Assembly (NCBI GenBank): GCA_046597055.1
Contig: JBKJLC010000016.1
Location: 1 to 64,000 of the forward strand
Reading direction: 5' to 3'
DNA from: Kofleriaceae bacterium
GTDB taxonomy: Bacteria > Myxococcota_A > Polyangia > Haliangiales > Haliangiaceae
DNA: 64,000 bases
Positions 23,702-34,709 of this stretch are shown one piece after another. The notes under the pieces are model-generated. The model was not told the origin of the DNA, did no database searches, and saw only the letters and a list, made by a program, of their open reading frames with translations. Position numbers and translations under genes: made by a program. The first letter of the stretch is position 1. Every line of letters starts with the position of its first letter.

Positions 23702-24907
23702 ATGAGCAAGATCACTCGCACGTCATCCCGTGTTTCCGCCTGCAGCGCGCTGGGCCTGTGTCTCGTCAGCGCCTGCACCGCCGACACGTCGTCACCCGGA
23801 ACCACGGGGGCGCTCGCCAACCGCGCCTACGTCGTCAGCCTCGAGTCCGCCGAGCTCACGGTGATCGACCTCGAGCGCCTCGAGATCATCGCGCGGGTCC
23901 CGACCGGCGGCGTCGCCAACCACATGGCCGAGCTGAACGGCGACTTCACCAAGATCTACGTGAACTCGGCAGGGACCAACGAGACGGTGGTGATCGACAC
24001 CCGGACCTTCGAGGTCCTGACCCGCATCCCGCTGGGCCGGCACCCGTCCCACGTGTCGCTGAGCCGCGACGGCCGCCTGCTGGCGGTGATGAACGAGGAC
24101 GAGGGCACCGGCGCGGTCTCGTTCATCGACACCACGCGTGACGTCGAGATCAAGCGCCTGCCCGGGCTGTACGCGCCCCACTTCATGCGGTTCGCGCCCG
24201 ACGGCGCATACGGCTACGTCGCCAACATGGGCGCGCACCACCTGACCCGGGTCGATCTCGCGACGCTGGAGATCGACGGCCACATCGCGCTCGACGGCTT
24301 CGCCGGCCCGCCGACGCCGACCCTGGCCCCCGCCGAGGGCGGCTTCGGCGACGCCCAGATCGACGCGACCGGCATGCTGTACGCGGCGCACAACACCACC
24401 GGGCGCGTGCTCGTGTACGACACCGTCGCCCGCGAGAAGCGACCCGAGCTGACCGTCGGCGGGCAGCCGTGGATCGTGTTCGCCGAGCACCCGTTCGCCG
24501 AGGTCCCGCGCCGCCACCTGGTCCCGAGCTTCGGCAGCCAGCAGGTCTCGATCATCGACGGCCCGAGCGCCGCGGTGGTCGCCGCGCTGCCCGGCGACGA
24601 GCAGGCCTACGGGGTGAACTACTCGTCGGTGACGCCCGACAAGGCGTTCGTCATGAACCGCGTGCGCGAGGACATCGCGGTGGTCGACACCGCGCGCGGC
24701 ACGATCACCTCGCGCATCCCGGTCGGCGGCAACACCGAGACCGCGTCGACCAGCGCCGACGGCAAGTACGTGGTCGCCGCGGTGTCCGGCGCCGACCGGG
24801 TCGTCGTCATCGACACGGCGACCGACCAGATCGTCAAGACCTTCGATGGCGTCGGCGCTTACCCGTGGAGCGTCACGATCCCGCTCGGCCAGAACTACTG
24901 CCACTGA
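23702..24907 (+). CDS. YncE/YVTN-type beta-propeller lipoprotein
   Basis: AGGAGG SD, lipobox LVSAC, repeated Y-V-x-N..VxVID blades, ends NYCH. Confidence 0.85.
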   Translation: MSKITRTSSRVSACSALGLCLVSACTADTSSPGTTGALANRAYVVSLESAELTVIDLERLEIIARVPTGGVANHMAELNGDFTKIYVNSAGTNETVVIDTRTFEVLTRIPLGRHPSHVSLSRDGRLLAVMNEDEGTGAVSFIDTTRDVEIKRLPGLYAPHFMRFAPDGAYGYVANMGAHHLTRVDLATLEIDGHIALDGFAGPPTPTLAPAEGGFGDAQIDATGMLYAAHNTTGRVLVYDTVAREKRPELTVGGQPWIVFAEHPFAEVPRRHLVPSFGSQQVSIIDGPSAAVVAALPGDEQAYGVNYSSVTPDKAFVMNRVREDIAVVDTARGTITSRIPVGGNTETASTSADGKYVVAAVSGADRVVVIDTATDQIVKTFDGVGAYPWSVTIPLGQNYCH

Positions 24908-24914
24908 GCTGCCG

Positions 24915-25742
24915 GTGCCGGTCGTCCTCCTCATCTTGCTCGTGGTCACCGGGTGCGCCGAGCGCGCCGCGGTGCCCGCGTCCGGCGCGGCGCGCCGGGT
25001 GGTGAGCTTGCACGACGTCACCACCGAGATGATGGTCGCGCTCGGTGAGGTCGACCGCCTGGTCGGCGTGGCCGAGCCGGTCGACCTCGACGAGGCGACC
25101 CACGCGGCGCTGGCCGGCGTGCCTCGGGTCGCGGGCCTCGAGTCGATCATGATGACCCGCCCCGACCTGGTGCTCGGCCTCGACGTGGTGGCCGAGCAGG
25201 ATCCCGCGCTGGTCGCCCGGCTGCGCGAGGCCGGGATCGCGGTCGAGCTGGGCAACCCGACCCGGCTCGACGACGTGTTCGCGCTGGTGCGGACGGTCGC
25301 CGCGCGGGTCGATGCCACCGAGGCCGGCGCGCAGCTGGTCGCCCGGCTCGAGCGCGGGGTCGGCCCCACCGTTGCGACCGCCGCGCCAGTGCGGGTGTTC
25401 GTCTTCGATTGCTGCGACCCGCCGTTCACCGCGGGTGGCCGGGCGGTGCTGACCGACCTGATCGCGCGCGCCGGCGGCACCAACGTGTTCGCCGAGCTCG
25501 ACAGCGACTGGACCAAGGTGTCGTGGGAGGCGGTGGTCGCGCGGCGTCCCGAGCTGATCGTGATCGACGCCTATCGCCACGAGGGCCAGGGCGACGTCGC
25601 CGACAAGCAGCGCGCGCTGCGCGCCATCCCGTCGCTGGCGCAGGTGCCAGTGGTGGTGATGCCGCTCGCGTGTGCGCTGGGCGGCCTGCGCAGCGTCGAG
25701 GGCCTCGCCCGCCTGCGGGTGGCGATGCGAGGACCGTCGTGA
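24915..25742 (+). CDS. ABC transporter substrate-binding lipoprotein, BtuF-like
   Basis: Lipobox VTGC, RVVSL, PDLV, AGGTNVF, VSWE..PELIVI. Confidence 0.85.
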   Translation: MPVVLLILLVVTGCAERAAVPASGAARRVVSLHDVTTEMMVALGEVDRLVGVAEPVDLDEATHAALAGVPRVAGLESIMMTRPDLVLGLDVVAEQDPALVARLREAGIAVELGNPTRLDDVFALVRTVAARVDATEAGAQLVARLERGVGPTVATAAPVRVFVFDCCDPPFTAGGRAVLTDLIARAGGTNVFAELDSDWTKVSWEAVVARRPELIVIDAYRHEGQGDVADKQRALRAIPSLAQVPVVVMPLACALGGLRSVEGLARLRVAMRGPS

Positions 25743-26670
25743 GTTCGCGCGTGGGCATCGGCGCGGTGGCGCTGGGCGGCCCGGCCCTGGCCGCGGTCGC
25801 GCTGTGCGCCGGTCCGTCGGGCTGGCGGCTGCCGTGGGAGCTCACCGACGTGCTGGTCGAGCTGCGCGGGCCGCGCGTGCTGCTGGCCGGGCTGGTCGGC
25901 GGCTCGCTGGCGGTCGCCGGCGCGGCGATGCAGTCGCTGCTGCAGAACGACCTCGCCGATCCGTACGTGCTCGGCCTGTCGGGCGGCGCGTCGGCCGGTG
26001 CGGTCGCCTCGCTGGCGCTGCGGCCGGGCCTGACGCCGGGACCGGCCGCCGCGGTCGGCGCGGCGCTGGCCGCGGCGCTGGTGCGCGGCCTCGCCCGCGG
26101 TCCCTACGATCCGACCCGCCTGCTGCTCGCCGGGATCGCGGTCAGCTCGATCCTGGCCAGCGCCACCGGGTTGATCCTGGTGCTGGCGCCGGCCAGCCAG
26201 CTCCTGCGCTCGACCACGTACTGGCTGTTCGGCGGCCTCGGCACACCGCGGTGGTCGGCGCTGGTCGTGCCGGCGATCGCGCTGGCCATCGCGGTCGCGT
26301 GGCTGTACGCCTCGGCGCAGCGCCTCGATCGGCTGACCCTCGGCGACGACGTCGCGACCTCGCTCGGCGTCGAGGTGGCGACGCTGCGCCGCGGCGTGAC
26401 GATCGTCTCGATCGTGCTCACCGCGCTGGCGGTGGCGGCCAGCGGCCTGGTCGGCTTCGTCGGGCTGATCGCGCCGCACGCCGCGCGTCGGCTCGGCGGC
26501 GCCCGTCATCGCAGCCTGATCGGGCTGTCGGCGCTGCTCGGCGCGCTCCTGGTGATCGCGGCCGACACGCTGGCGCGGACCGCCTTCGCCCCGCGCGAGG
26601 TGCCGGTCGGGCTGGTCACCGCGGCGCTGGGCGGTCCGTTCTTCCTGTGGCAGCTGCAGCGAGGCGCGCG

Positions 26671-26674
<4 letters not shown>
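25739..26674 (+). CDS. FecCD/BtuC-family ABC permease
   Basis: LRGPR, QNDLADPYVLGLSGGA, GFVGLIAPH, EVPVG, GGPFF. Confidence 0.92.
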
Positions 26675-27449
<775 letters not shown>

Positions 27450-27453
<4 letters not shown>

Positions 27454-28631
27454 CCACCGGGCTCCTCATCATCGGGCACGGTAGCCGCGACCCCGGCGCC
27501 AACGCCGAATTCGAGGCCCTGGTCGCCGCGCACCGCGCGAGCCATCCCGAGCTCGAGGTCGGCCACGGCTTCGTCGAGCTCGCCGAGCCCGGGCTCGACC
27601 CCGCGCTGCGCCAGCTCGCGAGCCGGGTCGACCACGTCGTGGCGGTCCCGCTGTTCCTGTTCGCCGCTGGCCACGTCAAGAATGACATCCCGCTCGCGCT
27701 GGCGCGGGTACGCGCCGACCACCCGGGGGTGCGCTTCACCGCGGCGCGGGCGCTCGGCGTGCATCCCGAGCTGGTCGAGCTCGCGTTCGAGCGCGCGGTG
27801 CCGGCGCTCGAAGCCGCCCGCGAGCGCGCGAAGACCGCGATCATCGTGGTCGGGCGCGGCGCCAGCGACCCCGACGCCAACGGCGACTTCTGCAAGGTCG
27901 TGCGCCTGCTCGGCGAGGGCCGCGGCCTGGGCTGGGTGGTGCCCAGCTTCATCGGGATCGCCCGGCCCAGCTTCGAGGAGACCGCCGAGCTGATCGCGCG
28001 GGCGCGCCCCGAGCGCATCGTGGTGGTGCCGTACTTCCTGTTCGGCGGCCGGCTGATCGACAAGCTGCGCGCGCAGGTCGCGGCCTTCCAGACCCGCACG
28101 CCGTGGATCCCGATCGAGCTGGCGCCGCACCTCGGCGGCGGCGCGCGGGTGTCGCGACTGCTCGACGAGCGCCTGCGCGAGGCGACCGAGGGCGAGCGCC
28201 CGCTGCCGTGCGACACCTGCCAGTACCGCGCGCCGATCGCGGGCGTGACCGGCGCGGTCGGCGGGGTCAAGGCGCTCCTGTGGAGCCTGCGCCACGGCTT
28301 CACCCACGCCCAGGCGATGCCGCACGTGCACGCGCATCGTCCGCTGGTGAAGCACGTGCTGGTCTGCGCCAACGGCGACTGCGCCGCGCGCGGCAGCGTG
28401 CCGCTGCTGGCGACCCTGCGCCGGCTGGTCAAGGACGCCGGCCGCGAGCGCGACATCCGGGTGACCCGGACCTCGTGCATGGGCCGCTGTGGCGAGGGGC
28501 CGACCGTCGCGGTCTACCCCGACGGCATCTGGTACCGCGGCGTCACCGAGGCCGACGCGGCCGAGCTGGTCGACGACCACCTGCTGGGCGACCGCCTCGT
28601 CGGCCGCCTGGTCGACAACATCATGCAGTAG
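27450..28631 (+). CDS. cbiX: Sirohydrochlorin cobaltochelatase CbiX fused to thioredoxin-like [2Fe-2S] ferredoxin
   Basis: GHGSR, PLFLFAAGHVKNDIP, GRGASD, PYFLF; CDTC; His-rich linker; C-x4-C...CMGRCGEGP..YPDGIWY. Confidence 0.9.
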
Positions 28632-28642
28632 GAGCTTCGACC

Positions 28643-29023
28643 ATGGCATGTCACGAGATCGCCGCCCTTCGCCTGAGCCTCATGCAGGTCCTGGGCAGCA
28701 CCGACGAGGCCGAGCGCCAGCACGAGCTGGCCGAGCTCGGCGATGGCGCCGAGGCGCCGGGCCCGCTGCGCTCGCTGTGCAACGCGCGCGACCTGGCGAC
28801 CGTCAAGCACAGCTACCAGGCCGCGATCGCGGCGCTCGAGGAGCGGGTGTCGGGGACCTCGGCGGCGGATGCCGACCTGCCCTACCTGCGCACGCTGGTG
28901 GTGCTGACCAAGAAGGTCGAGCTCGAGCTGGGCCGCCAGATCGACGGGCTCGCCCACCTGTCGCGTGACCTCGAGGAGATGCACGACTTCGTCCACGAAA
29001 TATACCCAGGGGAGTCGACCTGA
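28643..29023 (+). CDS. DUF3209-like protein
   Basis: MACHEIAALRL..MQVLG, HELAEL, YLRTLVV, C-terminal His residues; family recalled from cob clusters. Confidence 0.7.
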   Translation: MACHEIAALRLSLMQVLGSTDEAERQHELAELGDGAEAPGPLRSLCNARDLATVKHSYQAAIAALEERVSGTSAADADLPYLRTLVVLTKKVELELGRQIDGLAHLSRDLEEMHDFVHEIYPGEST

Positions 29024-29757
29024 TGGCGACCGCCAAGACCGCCCACCTGTCCGAGACCCGGACGCTCGGCCCCGACACCCGCCTCTTGGCGCTGGTCACC
29101 GACGAGCCGCTCGGCTTCGTCGGCGGCCAGTACGTCATCATCGACAGCGGCCAGGTCCTGCCCAGCGGCAAGGCGATCAAGCGCGCGTACTCGATCGTCA
29201 CCCGCGACGACGATCAGCGGCGGTTCGAGCTGGCGGTCATGCGCATCCCCGATGGCCCGTGCTCGGGCTACGTGCACGGGCTGCCCGACGGCCACCCGAT
29301 CACGTTCAGCGGCCCCTGGGGCAAGTTCTACCCGGCGGAGGGCGCCACCGGCCCGACCCTGGTGCTGGCGACCGACACCGGCATCACCGCCGCGCTCGGG
29401 CTGATCGGGTCGACCCGCTTCCGTCCGCTGCTCGGCCAGACCGTGCTGATCTGGCTGCGGGTCGCGCCCGACTACTTCGTGCCCGACCAGTTCGTGCGCG
29501 ACCGCATCCCGGACGGCTGCGGCGAGGTCCGCATCGAGACCCTGCCCGCGATCGGCCATCCCGACCGGCTCCCGCACGCCCGCGCCGTGCTGCAGGCGGT
29601 GACCGCGCGGCCCGGCGCCGGCCTGGCCCAGGCCTTCATCGCCGGCGACGGCGCGGTCAACTACGCGCTGCTCGACGATCTGGTAGCCGCCGGCGTGCCG
29701 GTCAGCCGCGACAACGTGGACTCGTTCTTCAACATGCCGAAGAAGACCTCGGCATGA
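29023..29757 (+). CDS. Ferredoxin-NAD(P) reductase-like flavoprotein
   Basis: GQY, RAYSI (RxYS), GPCS, GPWGKF, ATDTGIT, C-terminal DSFF. Confidence 0.85.
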   Translation: MATAKTAHLSETRTLGPDTRLLALVTDEPLGFVGGQYVIIDSGQVLPSGKAIKRAYSIVTRDDDQRRFELAVMRIPDGPCSGYVHGLPDGHPITFSGPWGKFYPAEGATGPTLVLATDTGITAALGLIGSTRFRPLLGQTVLIWLRVAPDYFVPDQFVRDRIPDGCGEVRIETLPAIGHPDRLPHARAVLQAVTARPGAGLAQAFIAGDGAVNYALLDDLVAAGVPVSRDNVDSFFNMPKKTSA

Positions 29758-29775
29758 CCGCCCGAGGTCTCGATC

Positions 29776-30882
29776 ATGGAAGCGCGGGTTCCCCCCAGAG
29801 ACAAGAAGGGCCTGCGCACCGGCTTCACCACCGGTGCGTGCGCGGCCGCGGCGGCCAAGGCCGCCACGCGGTGCCTGGTGCAGGACCTCGTGCTGACCGA
29901 GATTGAGACCACCCTGCCCAACCGGGCCCGGGTCAGGTTTCCGCTGGCCCGCTGCGAGCGGGTCGGCGCCCGGGTCACCTGCAGCATCATCAAGGACGCC
30001 GGCGACGACCCCGACTGCACCCACGGCGCCGAGCTGATCGCCGAGGTCGAGCTGTGCAGCACGCCCGCGATCGAGATCCGCGGCGGCACCGGCATCGCGA
30101 CCGTGACCCGCGCCGGGCTCGGCCTCGAGGTCGGCAGCCCCGCGATCAACCCGGTGCCACGCCGCAACATCACCGAGATGGTGACCGAGGAGCTCGCGCA
30201 CGGCGCGGCCCGCGGCGCCATCGTCACGATCAGCATCCCCGACGGCGTCGAGCGGGCGCTGCAGACCACCAACGCGCGCCTCGGCCTGATCGGTGGGCTC
30301 TCGATCCTCGGCACCTCCGGCATCGTCACGCCGTACTCGACCGCGGCCTGGAAGGCGAGCGTGGTCCAGGAGATCGACGTCGCCGCCCACGGCGGCCAGC
30401 GCGTGATGGTGCTGACCACCGGCGGCAAGTCGGAGCAGTACGCGATGGCGCTGTTCCCCGAGCTGCCCGCGCACGCGTTCATCCAGGTCGGCGACTTCAT
30501 CGGCGTCGGCCTCCGGCAGTGCGCGCGGCGCGGGGTCGAGCGGGTCACCGTGGTCGGCATGATCGGCAAGCTGTCGAAGATGGCCAACGGCCGCATGCAG
30601 ACCCACGTCGCCGGCGCCGAGGTCGACCTGGAGTCGCTGGCGGTCCTGGCCGCCGAGCTCGGCGGGACCGACCAGCTGCTCGCCGCGATCCGCGGCGCCA
30701 ACACCGCCCGCCACGTGCTCGAGCTGTGTCGCGCCGCCGGCCTGGTCGGCATCACCTCGCTGGTGTGCCGCAAGGTCGTCGAACAGTGCCGCCGCCACAC
30801 CGGCGGCAGCCTCGCCGTGCACGCCCGCCTGGTCGACTTCGGCGGCGGCTTGCTCGGCCAGCACCCGGAGACCGACTCATGA
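29776..30882 (+). CDS. cbiD: Cobalt-precorrin-5B C1-methyltransferase
   Basis: LRTGFTTGACAAAA, KDAGDDPDCTHG, AINPVPR, GGLSILGTSGIV. Confidence 0.96.
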   Translation: MEARVPPRDKKGLRTGFTTGACAAAAAKAATRCLVQDLVLTEIETTLPNRARVRFPLARCERVGARVTCSIIKDAGDDPDCTHGAELIAEVELCSTPAIEIRGGTGIATVTRAGLGLEVGSPAINPVPRRNITEMVTEELAHGAARGAIVTISIPDGVERALQTTNARLGLIGGLSILGTSGIVTPYSTAAWKASVVQEIDVAAHGGQRVMVLTTGGKSEQYAMALFPELPAHAFIQVGDFIGVGLRQCARRGVERVTVVGMIGKLSKMANGRMQTHVAGAEVDLESLAVLAAELGGTDQLLAAIRGANTARHVLELCRAAGLVGITSLVCRKVVEQCRRHTGGSLAVHARLVDFGGGLLGQHPETDS

Positions 30883-31532
30883 ACGACATGCGCCAGATGA
30901 CCGCGTTCGGCCGCAGCATCGAGGATGGCAGCTTCGCCATCGTCGACCGCGAGGCCGGCGCCCACGACTTCGGGCCCGACGAGTGGCAGGTGGTCCGGCG
31001 GGTGATCCACGCCACCGCCGACTTCGAGTTCAAGACGCTGATGCGGCTGCACCCCGACGCGGTGCGCGCCGGCGTCGCGGCGCTGCGGAGCGGCTGCCCG
31101 ATCCTGGTCGACGTGCGGATGATCGCGGCCGGCCTCAACCAGGCCCGGCTCGACGCCCACGGCTGCGCGGTCCACGCCTACATCTCCGACGACGACGTGA
31201 TCGCGGCCGCGCAGGCCCAGAACACCACCCGCGCGATCGAGTCGATCCGCAAGGCGCACCGGCTCGGCGTGCTCGAGGGCGCGATCGTGGCGATCGGCAA
31301 CGCGCCGACCGCGCTGCTCGAGGTGGTGCGCCTGATCCTCGAGGACGGCGCCCGCCCGGCGCTGGTGATCGGGGTGCCGGTCGGCTTCGTGTCGGCGGCC
31401 GAGTCCAAGGAGGCGACCCTGACCCTGCCGACGCCGTTCATCGTCGCGCGCGGTCGCAAGGGCGGCAGCCCGATCGCGGTCGCGATCATCCACGCCCTGC
31501 TGCTGCTGTCGGCCACCCCGGAGCCGGCGTGA
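30879..31532 (+). CDS. cbiC: Cobalt-precorrin-8 methylmutase
   Basis: RVIHATAD, AIGNAPTAL, GVPVGFVSAAESK, GRKGGS. Confidence 0.95.
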   Translation: MNDMRQMTAFGRSIEDGSFAIVDREAGAHDFGPDEWQVVRRVIHATADFEFKTLMRLHPDAVRAGVAALRSGCPILVDVRMIAAGLNQARLDAHGCAVHAYISDDDVIAAAQAQNTTRAIESIRKAHRLGVLEGAIVAIGNAPTALLEVVRLILEDGARPALVIGVPVGFVSAAESKEATLTLPTPFIVARGRKGGSPIAVAIIHALLLLSATPEPA

Positions 31533-32779
31533 CCGCCGGACGCGCGGTCGCGCTGGTCGGCATCGGCGACGATGGCTGCGTCGGGCTCACCAGCCGGGCG
31601 CTGAGCGCGGTCAGCCGGGCCGGCGTGCTGGTCGGGGGCGAGCGCCAGCTGGCGTTCTTCCCGCAGTTCGCCGGCGAGCGGATCGTGCTGCGCGGCGGGC
31701 TGGCGGCGACGCTCGATCGGATCGCCGAGCTGGCCGAGGACCGCAACGTCTGCATCCTGGCCTCGGGCGACCCGCTGTTCTTCGGGATCGGCCGGCTGGT
31801 GATCGCGCGGCTGGGCGCGGCCCATGTCGAGGTCATCCCGCAGCCGAGCTCGGTGCAGCTCGCGTTCGCCCGCGCCGGCCTCGACTGGGGCGACGCCGCG
31901 TTCCGGTCGGTGCACGGGCGACCGCTCGACGGCTTCGTCACCCGGCTGGCCCGGGTGGCCAAGGTCGCGGTGCTCACCGACGACGAGCACTCGCCGGCGC
32001 GGATCGCGACGCGCATGCTCGAGTACGGCGAGGCCGGCTGGACCGCGTGGGTCGGCGAGCGCCTGGGCGGCCCCGACGAGCGCGTGCGCGCGTTGTCGCT
32101 GGCCGAGCTGGCGGGGCTCACCGACGTGCATCCGCTCAACGTCCTGGTCCTGGTCCGGACCGACCCGGCCTGGCGCGCCCCGCCGACGATCCCGTACCTG
32201 CACGAGGACGCGTTCGCCCGCCGCATGCCGAAGAACGGCCTCATCACCAAGCGCGAGGTCCGGCTGCTGACCCTGGCCGCGCTCGGCCTCCGGCCCGACA
32301 GCGTGGTCTGGGACATCGGCGCCGGTTCGGGCTCGGTGTCGATCGAGGCCGCGATGCTCGCGCCCGAGGGCCAGGTCTACGCGATCGAGGTCGACCCCGA
32401 GGGGGTCGCGCTGTGCCGCGAGAACGTGCGCGCCCATCACGTCGACAACGTGCACGTCATCGCCGGCCGCGCCCCCGAGGCGCTCGACGGGCTGGCGGAT
32501 CCCGACGCCGTGTTCGTCGGCGGCAGCAAGGGCAGCATGGCCGAGATCGTGGAGGTCGCCCTGACCCGCCTGCGCCCGGACGGCCGGCTGGTGGTGAACG
32601 CGATCACGCTCGAGAACGCGAGCGAGGTCTACCAGGCGCTGCGCGGGCGTGGGCTGGTGCCCGAGGTCACCCTGCTCCAGGTCTCGCGCGCCGAGCCGCT
32701 CGCCCGCTACCTGCGCTACCAGGCGCTCAACCCGATCCAGATCTTCGCGGTGACCAAGCCGGCCGTGGAGGCGCCGTGA
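31529..32779 (+). CDS. cbiET: Bifunctional C5-methyltransferase / C15-methyltransferase-decarboxylase (CbiE-CbiT)
   Basis: ASGDPLFFGIG, SVHGR, ITKREVR, WDIGAGSGSVSIE. Confidence 0.95.
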   Translation: MTAGRAVALVGIGDDGCVGLTSRALSAVSRAGVLVGGERQLAFFPQFAGERIVLRGGLAATLDRIAELAEDRNVCILASGDPLFFGIGRLVIARLGAAHVEVIPQPSSVQLAFARAGLDWGDAAFRSVHGRPLDGFVTRLARVAKVAVLTDDEHSPARIATRMLEYGEAGWTAWVGERLGGPDERVRALSLAELAGLTDVHPLNVLVLVRTDPAWRAPPTIPYLHEDAFARRMPKNGLITKREVRLLTLAALGLRPDSVVWDIGAGSGSVSIEAAMLAPEGQVYAIEVDPEGVALCRENVRAHHVDNVHVIAGRAPEALDGLADPDAVFVGGSKGSMAEIVEVALTRLRPDGRLVVNAITLENASEVYQALRGRGLVPEVTLLQVSRAEPLARYLRYQALNPIQIFAVTKPAVEAP

Positions 32780-33552
32780 CGACCTACGGCACCCTGTACG
32801 GCGTCGGGGTCGGGCCCGGCGCGCCCGACCTGCTCACGCTGCGCGCGCTCGAGCTGTTGCGGCGGACGCCGGTGCTGGCGCTGCCGCGCAGCTCCGACCA
32901 CGGCGCGTCGATGGCATGGCAGATCGTGCGGCCGACCCTGGGGCTGATCGCCGGCCAGGAGCGGCTGTTCCTGACCTTCCCGATGAGCAAGGACCCCGAC
33001 CGGCTGCGACCGGCCTGGGACCGGGCGTTCACCGCGATCGGCGCCCACCTCGAGGCCGGGCGCGACGTGGTGTTCGCCACCGAGGGCGATCCGTCGCTGT
33101 TCAGCAGCTTCATCTACCTGGCCCAGGAGGCGCCGCGGCGCTGGCCCGGCATCCGGGTCGAGATCGTCCCCGGGGTCACGTCGATCACGGCGGTGCCGGC
33201 GGTCACCGGGATCCCGCTCGCCGACGGTCAGGAGCGGATCGCGATCGTGCCGTCGACCTATGGCCTGGCCGACCTGGCCGACCTGCTCGTGCGGTTCGAC
33301 ACCGTGGTCCTGATGAAGCTCGGCGGCGAGCTGCCGCACATCATCGCGACGCTGGAGCGCGCCGGGCTGCTCGACCGCGCGGTGTACGTGTCGCGCGCGA
33401 CCATGCCCGACCAGCGCATCGAGCGCGACCTGCGCGCGGTCACCGCCGCGCGCGGCGACTGCTTCGCGATGGTCGTGGTCTCGCGCAAGGAGCACAGCGG
33501 CCTGCTGGCCGGCACCGTGCCGCTGCGGGCGGTGCCGGCGGTGCACGCGTGA
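32776..33552 (+). CDS. cbiL: Cobalt-factor II C20-methyltransferase
   Basis: LYGVGVGPG..LLTLRA, FPMSKD, TEGDP, VLMK. Confidence 0.93.
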   Translation: MTTYGTLYGVGVGPGAPDLLTLRALELLRRTPVLALPRSSDHGASMAWQIVRPTLGLIAGQERLFLTFPMSKDPDRLRPAWDRAFTAIGAHLEAGRDVVFATEGDPSLFSSFIYLAQEAPRRWPGIRVEIVPGVTSITAVPAVTGIPLADGQERIAIVPSTYGLADLADLLVRFDTVVLMKLGGELPHIIATLERAGLLDRAVYVSRATMPDQRIERDLRAVTAARGDCFAMVVVSRKEHSGLLAGTVPLRAVPAVHA

Positions 33553-34709
33553 CCGCCGGGCGGCGCCCGATGGCGATCCACGCCATCACCAAGCACGGCA
33601 TCGGCATCGCGGCCCGGATGCTCGAGGCGTTCCCGGCCGCGGACCTGTACGTGTCCGAGAAGCTGCGCGCGAGCGCGCCGGCGGTGGCCCACCCGATGCC
33701 GCTGCCGATGGGGCCATGGCTGGCCGACACCTTCGGCGGCTACGACTGCCACGTCTTCATCATCAGCGTGGGCGCGGTGGTCCGCATGGTGGCGCCGCTC
33801 CTGCGCGACAAGAAGGTGGATCCAGCGGTGGTGTGCGTCGACGACGACGCGCGGTTCGCGATCTGCGTGCTGTCGGGCCACGTCGGGCGCGGCAACGAGC
33901 TGACCGGCCGGGTCGCGACCGCGCTGGGCGCGCAGCCGGTGATCACGACCGCCTCCGACGTCCGCGGCACGCTGACCGTCGACATCCTGGGCCGCGAGCT
34001 GGGCTGGACGCTCGACGACGACGACCGCAACGTCACCCGCGGCTGCGCGGCGGTGGTCAACGCCGCCCCGGTCATCTTCGTGCAGGAGGCCGGCGAGCCC
34101 GGCTGGTGGCCGGAAGACCGGGCGCTGCCGCCGGGCGTGGCCTACACGACCGCGCTCGACGAGGTCGATCCGGCCCGGGTCGAGATCGTGCTGATCGCGA
34201 CCGACCGCGAGCTGCGCGAGTCGCACCCGGCGCACTGGGCCAACGCGGTGATCTACCGACCGAAGAGCCTGGTGGTCGGCCTGGGCTGCGATCGCGGCGC
34301 CGATCCGGCGATGGTCGAGCGCGGCTTGCAGGCGATCCTCGGCCGCCATGGGTTGTCGCCGGCGTCGATCAAGTCGATCGCCACGATCGACCTGAAGCAC
34401 GACGAGCCGGCGCTGATCGAGCTGGCCGCGCGCTTCGGCGGGCTGCTGACCACGTACACCGCCGCCCAGCTCGACGAGGTCCCCGGCATCGAGAACCCGT
34501 CGGAGATCGTGAAGCGCCACGTCGGCACCCGCGCGGTCGCCGAGCCGGCGGCGCTGCTGGCGGCCGGCGCGACCCGGCTGCTGGTCGCCAAGCAGAGCTA
34601 CACCGAGCCCGGCGCCGGCCGATCGATGACCGTCGCGGTCGCGCGGATCCCGTTTCCGTCCCGGCGGGTGCCGCCGGCCGCCACCCCTACCGTCGGAGGC
34701 GCGTCATGA
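33549..34709 (+). CDS. cbiG: Cobalt-precorrin-5A hydrolase
   Basis: GAVVRMVAP..DKKVDPAVV, LSGHVG, VITTASD, GLGC, VAEPAA. Confidence 0.94.
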   Translation: MTAGRRPMAIHAITKHGIGIAARMLEAFPAADLYVSEKLRASAPAVAHPMPLPMGPWLADTFGGYDCHVFIISVGAVVRMVAPLLRDKKVDPAVVCVDDDARFAICVLSGHVGRGNELTGRVATALGAQPVITTASDVRGTLTVDILGRELGWTLDDDDRNVTRGCAAVVNAAPVIFVQEAGEPGWWPEDRALPPGVAYTTALDEVDPARVEIVLIATDRELRESHPAHWANAVIYRPKSLVVGLGCDRGADPAMVERGLQAILGRHGLSPASIKSIATIDLKHDEPALIELAARFGGLLTTYTAAQLDEVPGIENPSEIVKRHVGTRAVAEPAALLAAGATRLLVAKQSYTEPGAGRSMTVAVARIPFPSRRVPPAATPTVGGAS

